From Aplysia californica (lineage: Eukaryota): a stretch of 64,000 bases of DNA. Below are positions 23,937-35,500 of the stretch, piece by piece. The position numbers and the translations under genes were made by a program. The notes under the pieces were generated by a model, which was not told the DNA's origin, made no database searches, and saw only the letters and a program-made list of their open reading frames with translations. The stretch covers positions 312,819 to 376,818 of the forward strand of contig NW_004797534.1 in NCBI RefSeq assembly GCF_000002075.1, written 5' to 3'. Within the stretch, counting starts at the first letter, position 1. Every line of letters starts with the position of its first letter.

Positions 23937-24271
23937 CGTACGCTTTGCATAGAAATCTGTCAAAATGATTTTTTGAGAAATACAGACAACTTCAAAGAGA
24001 TCTTCACACTAGAAGTATTCTAAAATGTGAAGAACACAGCCTCTGGGGTACAAAATGACCCCAGGCGTACGGATAGGATCAAACAAAACATTTAGTTCAG
24101 TATGTTCTCCTAACACCAAGTCACCTGTGTTCCTCAGTGTCATGTTCTCCTTGTATTCAAAAGTATAAATGGGTGGTGCTATGGTGGTCTTGATGAATTC
24201 TTAAATAAAAGGGAACTGTTTTTACTCAGATATATTGTATGTTCTGCATAAGTCTAGGGATTGAATATTTT

Positions 24272-24435
24272 GTGGGTGGTTGGCTGGTGCTTTGGTGCAG
24301 TTTGCTCCTTCTCTCCTATTAAGCATCAGTCATCCATACCTCTCCTCCTTCTGTTCTCTAGTAACAATAACAGCTCTAATCTTCAACATTTATTTGACCT
24401 ACTTGTATTGCAAGTGCAGTGAAACTCATTCACAA
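24272..24435 (+). mobile_element. Short retroelement copy (family of 14487)
   Basis: Collinear similarity and same 5' start. Confidence 0.7.
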
Positions 24436-27116
24436 AAAAAGAAAAAAAATAGTTCAGAGAATTACTGCCCAAGTAGAGGCAAGTGGTGCACTTGATTCTG
24501 GTGTGTTATGAAGCTTATGTCCCTCTCTTCTTCCCTAATTAATACCACATGTAATGTGTGGCCTAAGCATGCATATGTCCATAGTCACATGGCAGTGAAG
24601 GAGGGTTTTCCGATTTCGTGTGTAGTAGCTTAGTAGGCCTATTAGGTGTGGCTTCGCTTATAAATAGTAAGTCTTGGTTTCAATTTAAATGACAAGTCTG
24701 GTCTGTTGGCAACTGACCAGTGAACAAGCTGTGCAATAATCTCTAACTCAAAGTCATCTTTTTCATCCAGATTTCAAAATTGCAACTACATGTTCTTTTG
24801 TAAAAGAAAGGTCATTACACTTGAGCCCAACGCAACATTTGTGACCCAGTTGACTACGAAAACAGTAAGACAAGTGCTGAACTTTGTTGAGATACCTATC
24901 TGTCATCCACAATTTCGGGTAGGGGTTTTTCCTCAAATAAGCATTCTGTTGTTGTCCCCCCTTGGATTCTGGCTGTGGCCTGATTATTTATCTCGGACTG
25001 ATTTCTTTCTTTGTTGCTGAGTATTCAGAGATAGATCTGGTACTGTATACCAAGAGAAAAGGGGATGGTTGGTGGGTGCCTTTTTTTGTTTATGGTCTGC
25101 TGCTTTTATTCCTTTTCATCATGACAGGCCTTGATGACTCACTCACTGTTATCCCTTATCCCAAAACGACAGATCTTGGTTTGGTTGGTATTAGTATCAG
25201 TATCCATCCTGTTTTTAGCTTTGTTATGTATTCAAATATCAGGTTACATCTGTAATTTTTGCTGTCTATATTTTAAGTCCTTTAAAAAAAAATTGAGAAC
25301 ATGGATTTTTTGGTCTTGTAAACAGAAGCCACTTGTGGACTATTGATGAGTGTGTCTAACTGCAATCCCTTCAACCTACCTTTGTAAAACGTTTTTCACT
25401 TTATGGTTGAGCAGTGAATAAATTCTGTTTTCACAAAGTATTTGTGCATTGTAAAATTGCCAATATGATATAGGCATTTTAAAACTTACCACACAACTTT
25501 TTGTTTCATTAGTAGATCATTTCAGCTTACAAATGTTACTTCACAGTCACAAAGTGGTACCGTAGAATGAGTGCATCTATTTGATGGAGGAGATCAAACT
25601 ACACCGAAAGAGTTTTAGTTTTAGTATTTTGTTCAATATTCCATGTAATCGAAATCTCACTTTGCGCTATGGTGATCACCACAAGTCAACAAATGCCTTA
25701 ATTTAAATACACTGTACATGCAGTAGCGATGTGAAGCACTTAAGTGGTGACAGGGTTCTCCAAACATCTCTGCAAAATAACTTTTCAATGCTTATTACTT
25801 TTTTGTTTATAAATTATAATATAATACTGATTATACTAATTGTTGAATTGATATTATATCACTTTCACTATTTTTAGTTCACATAATTTTTTTCATGTGA
25901 AACAACTTTTTGTTATGAAGGTATTGTGTAAGTTTTAAGTTTAACGTTTGAAAGAAAGTATGTTCGGGAGTACAGTCTTACATGCACATCGTGAAATTGG
26001 CAGGACACGGAAATCTTTTTGTTTGGTGTGAATTTTGTTCACATGTTTTTAACACAAAGAATATTCATGTATATTTTTTTTTAATTCGGGACCTGAAAAA
26101 TCTATGCTATGTGCTTATTTCGCTGTGTGCGTGCTAGACTGTAGATTAAAAATGCTAAAACTGTAAGTATGAAATTGCAGCCACTTCTTTTGTGGGAGGC
26201 TCCTAGAACATAAAGACAGACTGTTGGCTGCAGTAGTTACTTTTTGTGCTGTGTGAACTCCGCTGGACGTCAGAATTGTTTTTTTCAGTTCGCTTTTAAA
26301 GATTCTGTTCGTTCTTGTACTCTGAACAGTGTAGTAGTTAGACTCTTCACGTTGGAAAAGACACGGGTGGGATTACAGTGTGGGAAACATGATATTGTAC
26401 TGAGCATGTTACTATCTGTGCCTTTTCACTAGGATATGTCCCTTATACTTAGTTTATAGACAGGATTTGTCCCATTGTTAGAGCAGCCTGCCTTCTTCAG
26501 TGGTTTAAATTGCTTGAATTGGGATAGTGATCAGGTTTATTTGAAATTGTTATCTTGATGGTTTAAAAATTACAAATGATACTGGAGCATTTTCAAGATT
26601 AACGGGTTTCAGTCGGATGTAATAATATTGAAGCGCATGATGTTTTTTGTAAACTAAAAGTTAGTAAAAGTACCGTATGAGTACAGAAAATGAAAACTGT
26701 TTCCTCATCACCAATCAGCACAGTATGTGGAAATAGTGAATCATTTCCTCTTTTGTATGTTTATTACAATTTATGTACAATGTACATTTGGATTCAGAGT
26801 AGAACAAAGGCACGGGTGAATTATTGCTGTTCAGTTGGCCAATTCAAAGTACATGTTACACAGTTGAATAAAAGACATGAATATGGCTCACATGCCTTAC
26901 TCACAAAGGTGTTTGCCCACCATGACTTTGTTGTTTCTTCCTCTATTGCCTGCTGAGAACAAGTGGTGATGTTTTGTGTAGTGTACTGTTCTTGAAAGTT
27001 GTGTCTATTTCTGTTTATTTCCAGCATAGCCATGACACTAAGTGTGGTTTCAGAGGCAAGTTTTTGGTTTTTTTAATTTTCAAAGTGTGAGATGTCAATG
27101 TATAATAATAGTAATA

Positions 27117-27920
27117 CAGTGGAACTCGGATTTAACGAGAACTCGGATTCAACAAGAGGAGATAGATTCCCCGTTTTTTTTTCTTCTTTAAAATCAATAA
27201 AAAATAACCCGGATTCAACAAGCACTTAAATCAGCAGGCTCGGATTCAACGAAGTCGCTTCCAGGGGGAACAGCCCCCACAGACATGGCTTCGCCTATTT
27301 TTTCTCCCAGAACGAACGTTATCTATTCCCAGAAACCATCCATCACCTGCACCGTGAATTATTGTTCCCCTAGCCGATTGAATGCGACCAATCAGAGGCC
27401 TTTTTTCATATCAACACATGCATTGCTGGCACGTGCACGTGTCTACTCTGGCGTGTGTCGGGGTCGGATGGGCGGCCTGCACACGTGTGACTGTGTCGGG
27501 GAGGGGGGGGCACCAACGGTCCGGGCGCTGAACGTCGAAGATACAAACGCGTCAGTCTTTTTTTCCCCTCAGCATCTGATCGTTGTTATATAAGCTAGTA
27601 TTGACGTAGATCTACGTAGTGAATTGAGGGCTCGTCTATGGAATCAAAAATTGCCGTGTGCTAGGCTCTACACAGCAACACAACTTTTTGGCAAACAATC
27701 GAGATGACAGACGTGCATATGAACGAATTGGTCTTCTTTTTTTTTTTACATAGCTCATAATATGCAGGCATTTCAGGCACTACTTTACTTCTCTTTACAC
27801 ATGTGCTCAGTGCCTGTAAAAATCTTCACAAAACCAACCTCACGTTTGCTATAACGAACACTCGAATTCAACGAGGTTTTAGATCAGGCCCGGCGACCTC
27901 GTTGAATCCGAGTTCCACTG
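27117..27920. mobile_element. pogo/Tigger-like MITE
   Basis: TA|CAGTGGAACTCGGATTTAACGAG ... CTCGTTGAATCCGAGTTCCACTG|TA. Confidence 0.88.
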
Positions 27921-28328
27921 TAGCTGGCATATCACTTTTATACCACATATTATTTTCTAGCATTTTCTGGTTTAGATGGGCTCAATATTTCTTTTAACAC
28001 TTGGGCAAAACTGTACAGTTGGCCAATGGTTTTTGTGCACTTTTGGTAGATTTGTGGAAAACATGGATGTGACAGATGTTGCTTGTGTTTGTGCTGTGAT
28101 GACTTCCATTTGAAAACAACAATAAATACAGAAATATTTTGGGTTCATCCTGGCATCACTCAACAATTGCTCAAAGGGCCTATACAATGCTGGTACCAAA
28201 ATCTGAGATGCCACTCGAGCACTTTTTGGATATTATTAAATTAAATTAGCAAGGACAGTTTTGATCATCTTCAGCAGTTTATTGGGCCTCCAATTACTTT
28301 CCAAAATACAAATCTCAGAAAGAGACTA

Positions 28329-28796
28329 CAGTGGAAACCATATATATATAATATAAATGTTAAAAAGTTATTAAAAGTTATCTGCAATATCAGGGCCTCA
28401 TCGGAGCCCAATCGGTTATAGCAGGAACAAAGGCTCGTTAACAATGTGTAAAAAGTAAGAGAGAGAGACTATGTAGTGATGGAGCAAGCCCACGCAAGCC
28501 AAGCCACTGCAAGCACAAGCAGCGGGTGAAGCAAGAGAGGGCTGCGGTGTGCTGCAGACTTCGATCTAGCCCTAAGCTTAGTTACACACACGCGTAATGT
28601 TTGGTGCGCAGGCCTGCCACATGGCCAAAACCCCTGTTCCTGGGAACTTGTGACAAGGGAAACTACCCATTACATATAAATACAGCTGGATTAGTCCACA
28701 AATGCTTTCTTCACTTGCATTTCTGATTTGACAGGGATCAGATATACAGGACTTTTTCTCTGGTCCCACCATCCCTGTTATATCAGGTTTCCACTG
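28329..28796. mobile_element. pogo/Tigger-like MITE
   Basis: TA|CAGTGGAAACC ... GGTTTCCACTG|TA. Confidence 0.75.
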
Positions 28797-29233
28797 TACA
28801 CGTACCACCTCAGGAGAGCTAGTCAATCACACTCAAGAGTAACATGAAGTGTTGGCTACATGTTGGAACACGCGGCTAAACTAAGGTAAAAAAAACACTT
28901 GTTTGTTGGATAGGTCAGATAGAGGTGCATCTCTTTTCCCACTAGCTCAGTCCAATCATGAGATAGTTTTATCGAGCTCGCTTTGTCATTGTGTTCACAT
29001 AACTTTCCACATCTAAATAAGTGCGTTGTGATGCAGTAGGCTTCTCATATTTTCAATGTCCACAACTCACCAACAAAACCACGAGTCAACAGTTTTGTCT
29101 CGGTCAGTGCAGTTGTACTAGCCTGTATCTGTACATGGCAGGACCTCAAATTTCTCACGTGTCACCCTAAAATAAGAGCCACCAATTTTCTTTTCACAAT
29201 ATAAAGTTTGAAGCTCTCTTTCAAAATCACACA

Positions 29234-29413
29234 GCTGGTGGTTGGCAGGTCCTCTTGTGTGGTTTGCTCCTTCTTTCTTATCAAACATCTATCGTCCTGA
29301 TCTTTCCTCCTCCTTTTTTTGTGTTTATTTCTCTCTTGCACCACCTCTAATCTTCCGCATTTATTAAGTTGTATATGACCTTACAGTGTTGCAAGTGCCG
29401 TAAATCTAAACTA
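29234..29413 (+). mobile_element. Short retroelement copy (family of 14487)
   Basis: 11-bp TSD AAAATCACACA (29223-29233, 29414-29424). Confidence 0.8.
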
Positions 29414-29507
29414 AAAATCACACATAAAGCCGATTTTAAAAACAACAAAGGTTCATTCACATATTTTTATTCATACTATATACAGGTCATATGACAACAG
29501 CAAACAT

Positions 29508-29556
29508 TTACACCTTTGGAGCACCATATGCATCAGGAAGTCTCTCTATTGAATAT
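29508..29556 (-). CDS. FCF1: FCF1 last coding exon ([15 protein letters not shown])
   Basis: Acceptor tttcag, TAA at 29510-29508, AATAAA at 29471-29466. Confidence 0.92.
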
Positions 29557-32500
29557 CTGAAACAAAAAGAAGGAAGAGTCTTTGAGTACTTTGGCAATGA
29601 TGATACAATATATTTTTTTAAAGGAGAAAAATGCTCAACACTCAATGGAACGCAGTCCATTCAAATCAAATTACTTTTTTTTTTTAATGTGTATAGTCTG
29701 GTAATCACATAGTGAAATAAGCAGGATGCAGAAATCCTTTCGCTATTTACATATTTCACTATGAACACGTTTAAAATACAAATAATATATATGTATAATA
29801 AGATAAGGTTCCGCTATGTGCTTGCTAGACTATGATCACTATGACGAGTGTGCGTGTGTGAGTAGAACTTATGGAAAATAAAGTGAAGGAGCAACTTGCA
29901 TTCACTACACTACATAATTTCAATAAAGGTTGCTGTGTATATTTAAGTAATTAGTACTAAACTAAATGGAGGACATTAAACTTAAAATGGAGGTAAGAAC
30001 AACAAGTTTCCTGCAATATCGTGCAACCATAATTCAGTTGACGCTCCACAATATAAAACCTACCTCAGGACCTACGACACCAATATAATGTTCTTTTTAT
30101 TCAAAAGTAGTGATGATTCAGACTTAAGATGGAAGACTACATAAAATTTCTACCATTCTCTCGACTAAATTTGCTGCAATTATTCAATGTATATGCACAC
30201 AAAGACTGTAAACATTAGAGAAATGATACGAAAAAACAAACAAACCAGGTAGTACTATAACAAATCACAAATATTATGATGTAGAGCCTACCTCACATTC
30301 AAATTTAGAGCATCAGAGATTTAGATTTTTAAAGGAAAGCAAGTTCTAACATGCACGGGCTTAGGCTGATTACTGATAGTTGTATACAGCCAAGCACAGA
30401 CACCTCGAACACATCGGGGGTTGACAAACGTGTTCAATACATCCGTAAAATAAAAGTAATTGTGACTTCACTGTCATTATGAAAAGTATCTGGTATCAAT
30501 AAAACGATAGAAGGATAGTAAGTTTGAACACCTTGGTGTTGACGCAAGAGAAACGCAGAAATAGATGCTAATGAACCTCCTTACCATTAAAAATAAAAAT
30601 TGCTCTTCTGTCAAATCATAGTCATGTAACCAACACTGGTCAGCACGGCACGTCACCCTCCCCTCTAATGTAATCACTTCCTGATCCATACCTTTATGTT
30701 CAAACTATAACACACACTCAAACATAATTCACACAGCACATGGCCTAATGCAGTGCCGCACTGCCTTCATCACACCACACCACCCAGCCTCACATGACTA
30801 AATCAAAGGAAGTTCTAGCGCCTTACACACACTGGTTACAGGTAATGTGCTATGATGAGTCTCCATACTTGCTGCATGTGTATCGTGCTGTGTGAGAGTG
30901 ATTCTGGTGAGCCTGACACTCTTGATGATGATGGGTATGTTTGTTTCCCATTGTGCATGCAGGGCGATTTCAAATGGAAGACAATTATGAGGAAAATTTT
31001 GATCAGGCTTTTCTAGATGAGCTATTAGACACATCCATGCGAGTTTTTGAGAAACCAGTGGTGCCAATAGAAAAAAAATATTATAGAGCGGTTTCAGCTG
31101 GGGAATGGCATTGTTTGACTTGTCTGTGAATTCAACTTTTGTGTGTTGGAGTTATCTATACTCAACTGTAAGTAACAACAGTAATACCAAATCAAGAACC
31201 TTACCTGTGCTGGGCAATGTACATGATAGGCACACCAGGAATCTTCCGTATCCTCTTTTTCAAATCCTTGTCATTTGTGGCCACTATGTAACACTTGTTC
31301 TGAGAACAACAAAAAATATAGTGGTATTTTTCTTACAAAATATAAAGGAACAAACATTTACTTGATTTTGGTTTATGTCAGCTAACTTGATCGTCACTTA
31401 AGAAAAAAGAAAAAAAAGGAGGAATTAATAATGGAATTTGCAGGTTGCTTGTGCTGATAGAAGATGCTTGTTAAGAGAGTTCTTTGTGAGTTAGACTGCA
31501 TACTTCTCCTATGGAACAGAGTTTTTTTCTACTATTATTATGTGTATGCCTAAGATTACTAAGAACCTCTTCTAAAATAAAAACACACCACCCAAGAGAC
31601 AGGTTTGAAATTTATAAGGGAAATAGATTTTTCAAAATGTCTCTATCTCTACAACACTTTTCCAATTTGTGGTGACTTTTAATAAAGGAGAAGGTAGCTG
31701 TTGGAAAGAATAGACCTGCATGTGAGCCTCAAACAGATTGTCTGAACATTTTGCGAACACAACACATAACCCCCCCCCCCCCCCCCCCCCCCCCCATAAG
31801 ATAAGAGCTTTGTGGGTGTCATAGTCATAAAAGAAAGAACTTCCATGTAATGAGAGACCACCCCAACAATCACAATAAAGAAGAGACCTAATCCAAACCC
31901 TAACCTTAACTCTACTCCTACCCCTACCTATCCTTAAAAGTGGCCCTCTATTCCACTTTGTCTCATAGATCTAGTGGGCGCTCGTTCTGCAACAGTCCCT
32001 CACCTTCAGAAATGTATTTTTAATGACAACTTCTCACTGCACTCCCTTGTGGTTTTTTATATTATAAGGATCCTGTTCAAGAGGACCACCTGTTTAAAAA
32101 GACCACTTTTCTTCTCGACAACGGGTAACCATCTAGAACAGATTTGACTGTACACTTTTCTCATATTTCCCTTTCAATGAATTGAGGGCAAATGATAAAA
32201 CCAGAAACAGCTTTAGGAAATCGACTCTTACCTCTGTGACTCTCCGAACAATGCAGTCATCAGCATAGGTACCCTTGTGCAGGCAAGTTAAATGTTGAAA
32301 TCTTGAGTCTTTTGCAATTCTGAGAGACAAAAAAGTGAGAGGAATAAGTTAATTTGAAATCAGTAACCACAAGTTCTCCTATCTCTTTCTTCACATTCTT
32401 ATCGTAATGATAGGTTGCTGGGTGCTGTTATTATTAAAGTTTTGCGACTCTGAATATTGAAAATAAATAAACCTGACTGCAAGAGCCGTTGACACACTTT

Positions 32501-35500
32501 CAGAGGCTGCATGAATCAACTGACATTTATCTTATCTTGAATTAGTCACAACAAACTGACAAAACTGGTGGAATATAGACAACCTGTTCACTACTGAAAA
32601 AAAAGCTACCATATGACTATATTCGACAGCCAATTTCCATAACTGTAATAACATTATCTATTCTATTGTTTTTTTTACTCAAATGTCATCAGTTTTGAAA
32701 TGGAAGACACTTCAGGGCTATCTGATCATGATTGTAGCATTGATGTCATCAAAAAAAGAAGGTAATAACGGGCTTTTAACTTTGTCATAAAAGACCATTT
32801 TCAATTTAAATCAATATTAGCTACTGACAACATAAAGCCCTCACTTCAATAGAAAAAGCATGCAAGAGAAGAAAACGGGCAAAAGCAAAAAAAAACAACT
32901 ACTGATTGGATTGCATTAGGGAGCACAAGTCCCTTGGAAAGGAAAAAAAAATCATAATATGATTACTGTAAAATCATACCGAGGTGGACAATCCCCACCT
33001 ATACGCAAGATGAAAACTTAAGCCAGAACTAACTATATTATATGTTGCCTCTTAGTCTTAGAACTCCTTGAGACCAGCCTTATATCTGTTCAATACCTTT
33101 AAATATCATGATTCAAAATACTAATCCGTGTATGCTGAAATGATAATACATGTTTTCAAACTTCTGTAACAAATTTCACAAGCATGTTCCTTAAATTTGC
33201 AGAAATACACTCACTAGTACTGAAACAAACAACCCCCCCCCCCCAAAAAAAAAAATCAACAAAATACAGGAAGGATCTTATTTGTGGCGTCCTGGAAAGT
33301 GATATTCAGTAAAACATACTGAAGCAGTCAATCAGGGATGTGCATGCAACATTGAGCTTGCATAAGCGAGCATTTACAGACAGAGAATGTGGAGTCAGAA
33401 TAGTGAGAATAACTGAACTTCAAGTGAAGAAATCAAAATGTAAAACATCTCACTTCAAAGCAACTCTGTACTTTCTTCCCAGCTTTTCCAGCTCAGCCAT
33501 TACACAGTCTGTTATGTAAGGAATACCTGAAAAACATTTTAAAAATACAATACAGTATATTTAAAGCAAATATCAGGTACTATCAAGGCACATGTTTTTC
33601 ATACTAAATAGTTGTCTCTTCATTGCAAAGAGAAGTGACTGAACAGTCTGATGCCAACAAAAACAAGCTATTTAGACAAAAGTGCAGAATGTAAAGGATT
33701 TAAAATGTTGCATTTACCTTACTGGGGCAAATATTTTAATAACATATAACCAGTTCTGTTAGTTTTGCTGTCATCAAGGCAGTTTTATGAATTTCAAGGT
33801 CAGATCCGCAGTTTTCATTTAATTGATGACATGAACTCAAATTTATTTTAGACCCATTTGTTGCATTTCATGCTCTAATAAAATCAATGGAGAAGAAACA
33901 TTTTATCAAAAGCGTGCGAAAACCACATCAACTTGAAGGAATACAATCCAATGTGGATTCTACCATAAAACGAATATTAACTTAATTGAATATCATCATC
34001 ACTCTTGAAACAAGAGTTGCTACGGTTTTTTCTGAAAATTGGTGAAGAATAGAAATCTTTGGTATTCTCCACATCTGACAAATGGATACAACTACAACGT
34101 ATTTTGATGCAAAACTGTTCATATGCATAAATACATACTTGTTACTTAAGTTTAAAGAATACCACAAAATAGTCAAGAAAGTGGAAAAATGTAAGAACTA
34201 AAAAGACTCTGAAGGTACAAAAAAATACACATTTCAAGGGGTAAAATCTAATGTCTGCCATAATTGCCACAAGGACTGTGGACTATGGGGGAAAAGGGCA
34301 AAAGTGCTGAGCAGTGAATGATCTTAAAGGCTATTGCAAGCCTTGTAAAGTAGCATAATAAAAAATGCCTGTTTTCAACAGATCAATGTATAAAAATTAA
34401 ATGTGATTAGCTCTTACATTTTGCATAGAGACAGTCCATCATGCTCGTGACCACATCCAGCTTATTCTTTATGGAAAAGTTGATGAAGTTTGTGTCCACA
34501 ATAATATGAAATGGAGGTCCCAACTGAGTGTTGTAGGAGAAGTACATCGCAGATGAAGACTGTGGTCTGGGGGGAAACAAGGCAGTTAACATAAAAACAA
34601 ACCAACACACAACATTTTGTGACAACCGTGGCTATAACATAAAGAAAAACACTGCACATCAGACAACACTGACATTCTAGTAATTACACATGAAAGCTTA
34701 TACATTGAATCAGCTGATGAAAGAACACCACCCCCAGAACAGACCATAAAATCCTGTTCACCATACAGCCATCCAGTTCTTAAAGCTATATCATGCTCCA
34801 TGGCAGACACCACCTCGAAAGATTGTTTTCAATTCTCTCAACTTTCAACCCCCCCCCCCCCCTAAAAAATTACAAATTAGTTTTTAAAATAACCAAGTAC
34901 TGTGTAAAATTATCAGCTTCATTCAACGTGTATATGCCTTGGTCATTTTTTCAGTTCTGAGAAAATTGCAGAAAAAGAGAGCGCCCAAATCAGCACCAAA
35001 ACTTGGTCCCTTGTTATGTTTCAGTTAAAAACTAGGAAGTACATAATAGACGGAACTCAACTGTACCCCCCTAAATGTCTTTACACGAATTACAGCTTTG
35101 TCTGGAAACCTCCAGAAATTGACGAGGGCGAAAATGGACTGACACTAACAAAATATAACCCCCACCTAACAAAAAAAAGCTGTTATCATTTTTTGCTCCA
35201 CTCAGAGAACAAAAGAAGAATGACTATTACATTGTCAGCTGTGTAGCAGATTTTTTCTACACTCAAACATTGAAGGAAAACAAAAAGCAGAAAAAAAGTA
35301 AACAAAACATGACACTTACAACTCTCTCACTGATATGTTCTCTGGGTTTGCCTTCCTCTTTCTCTTCTTGACCCGGTCTTTAGCTTTTCTGTGGAAGTGA
35401 AAGTGAATTGAAGCATGAAATTCTGTGATGCAAGCATAGTCAAATTGACATAAACATGCAGATAAGGTACTTTCAAAACTGACATTGAAGTTGACCAAAC

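Larger units (their letters stand above)
20821..24078. mobile_element. piggyBac-like MITE copy 2 carrying a nested hAT
   Basis: 20821-20923 and 23937-24078 together match 10036-10214 plus 11530-11593. Confidence 0.8.

Noticed and set aside
30720-30935. Possible intronic snoRNA in FCF1 intron 7 (box C-like GTGATGA on the minus strand)
   Set aside because: No properly placed box D or terminal stem identified by eye
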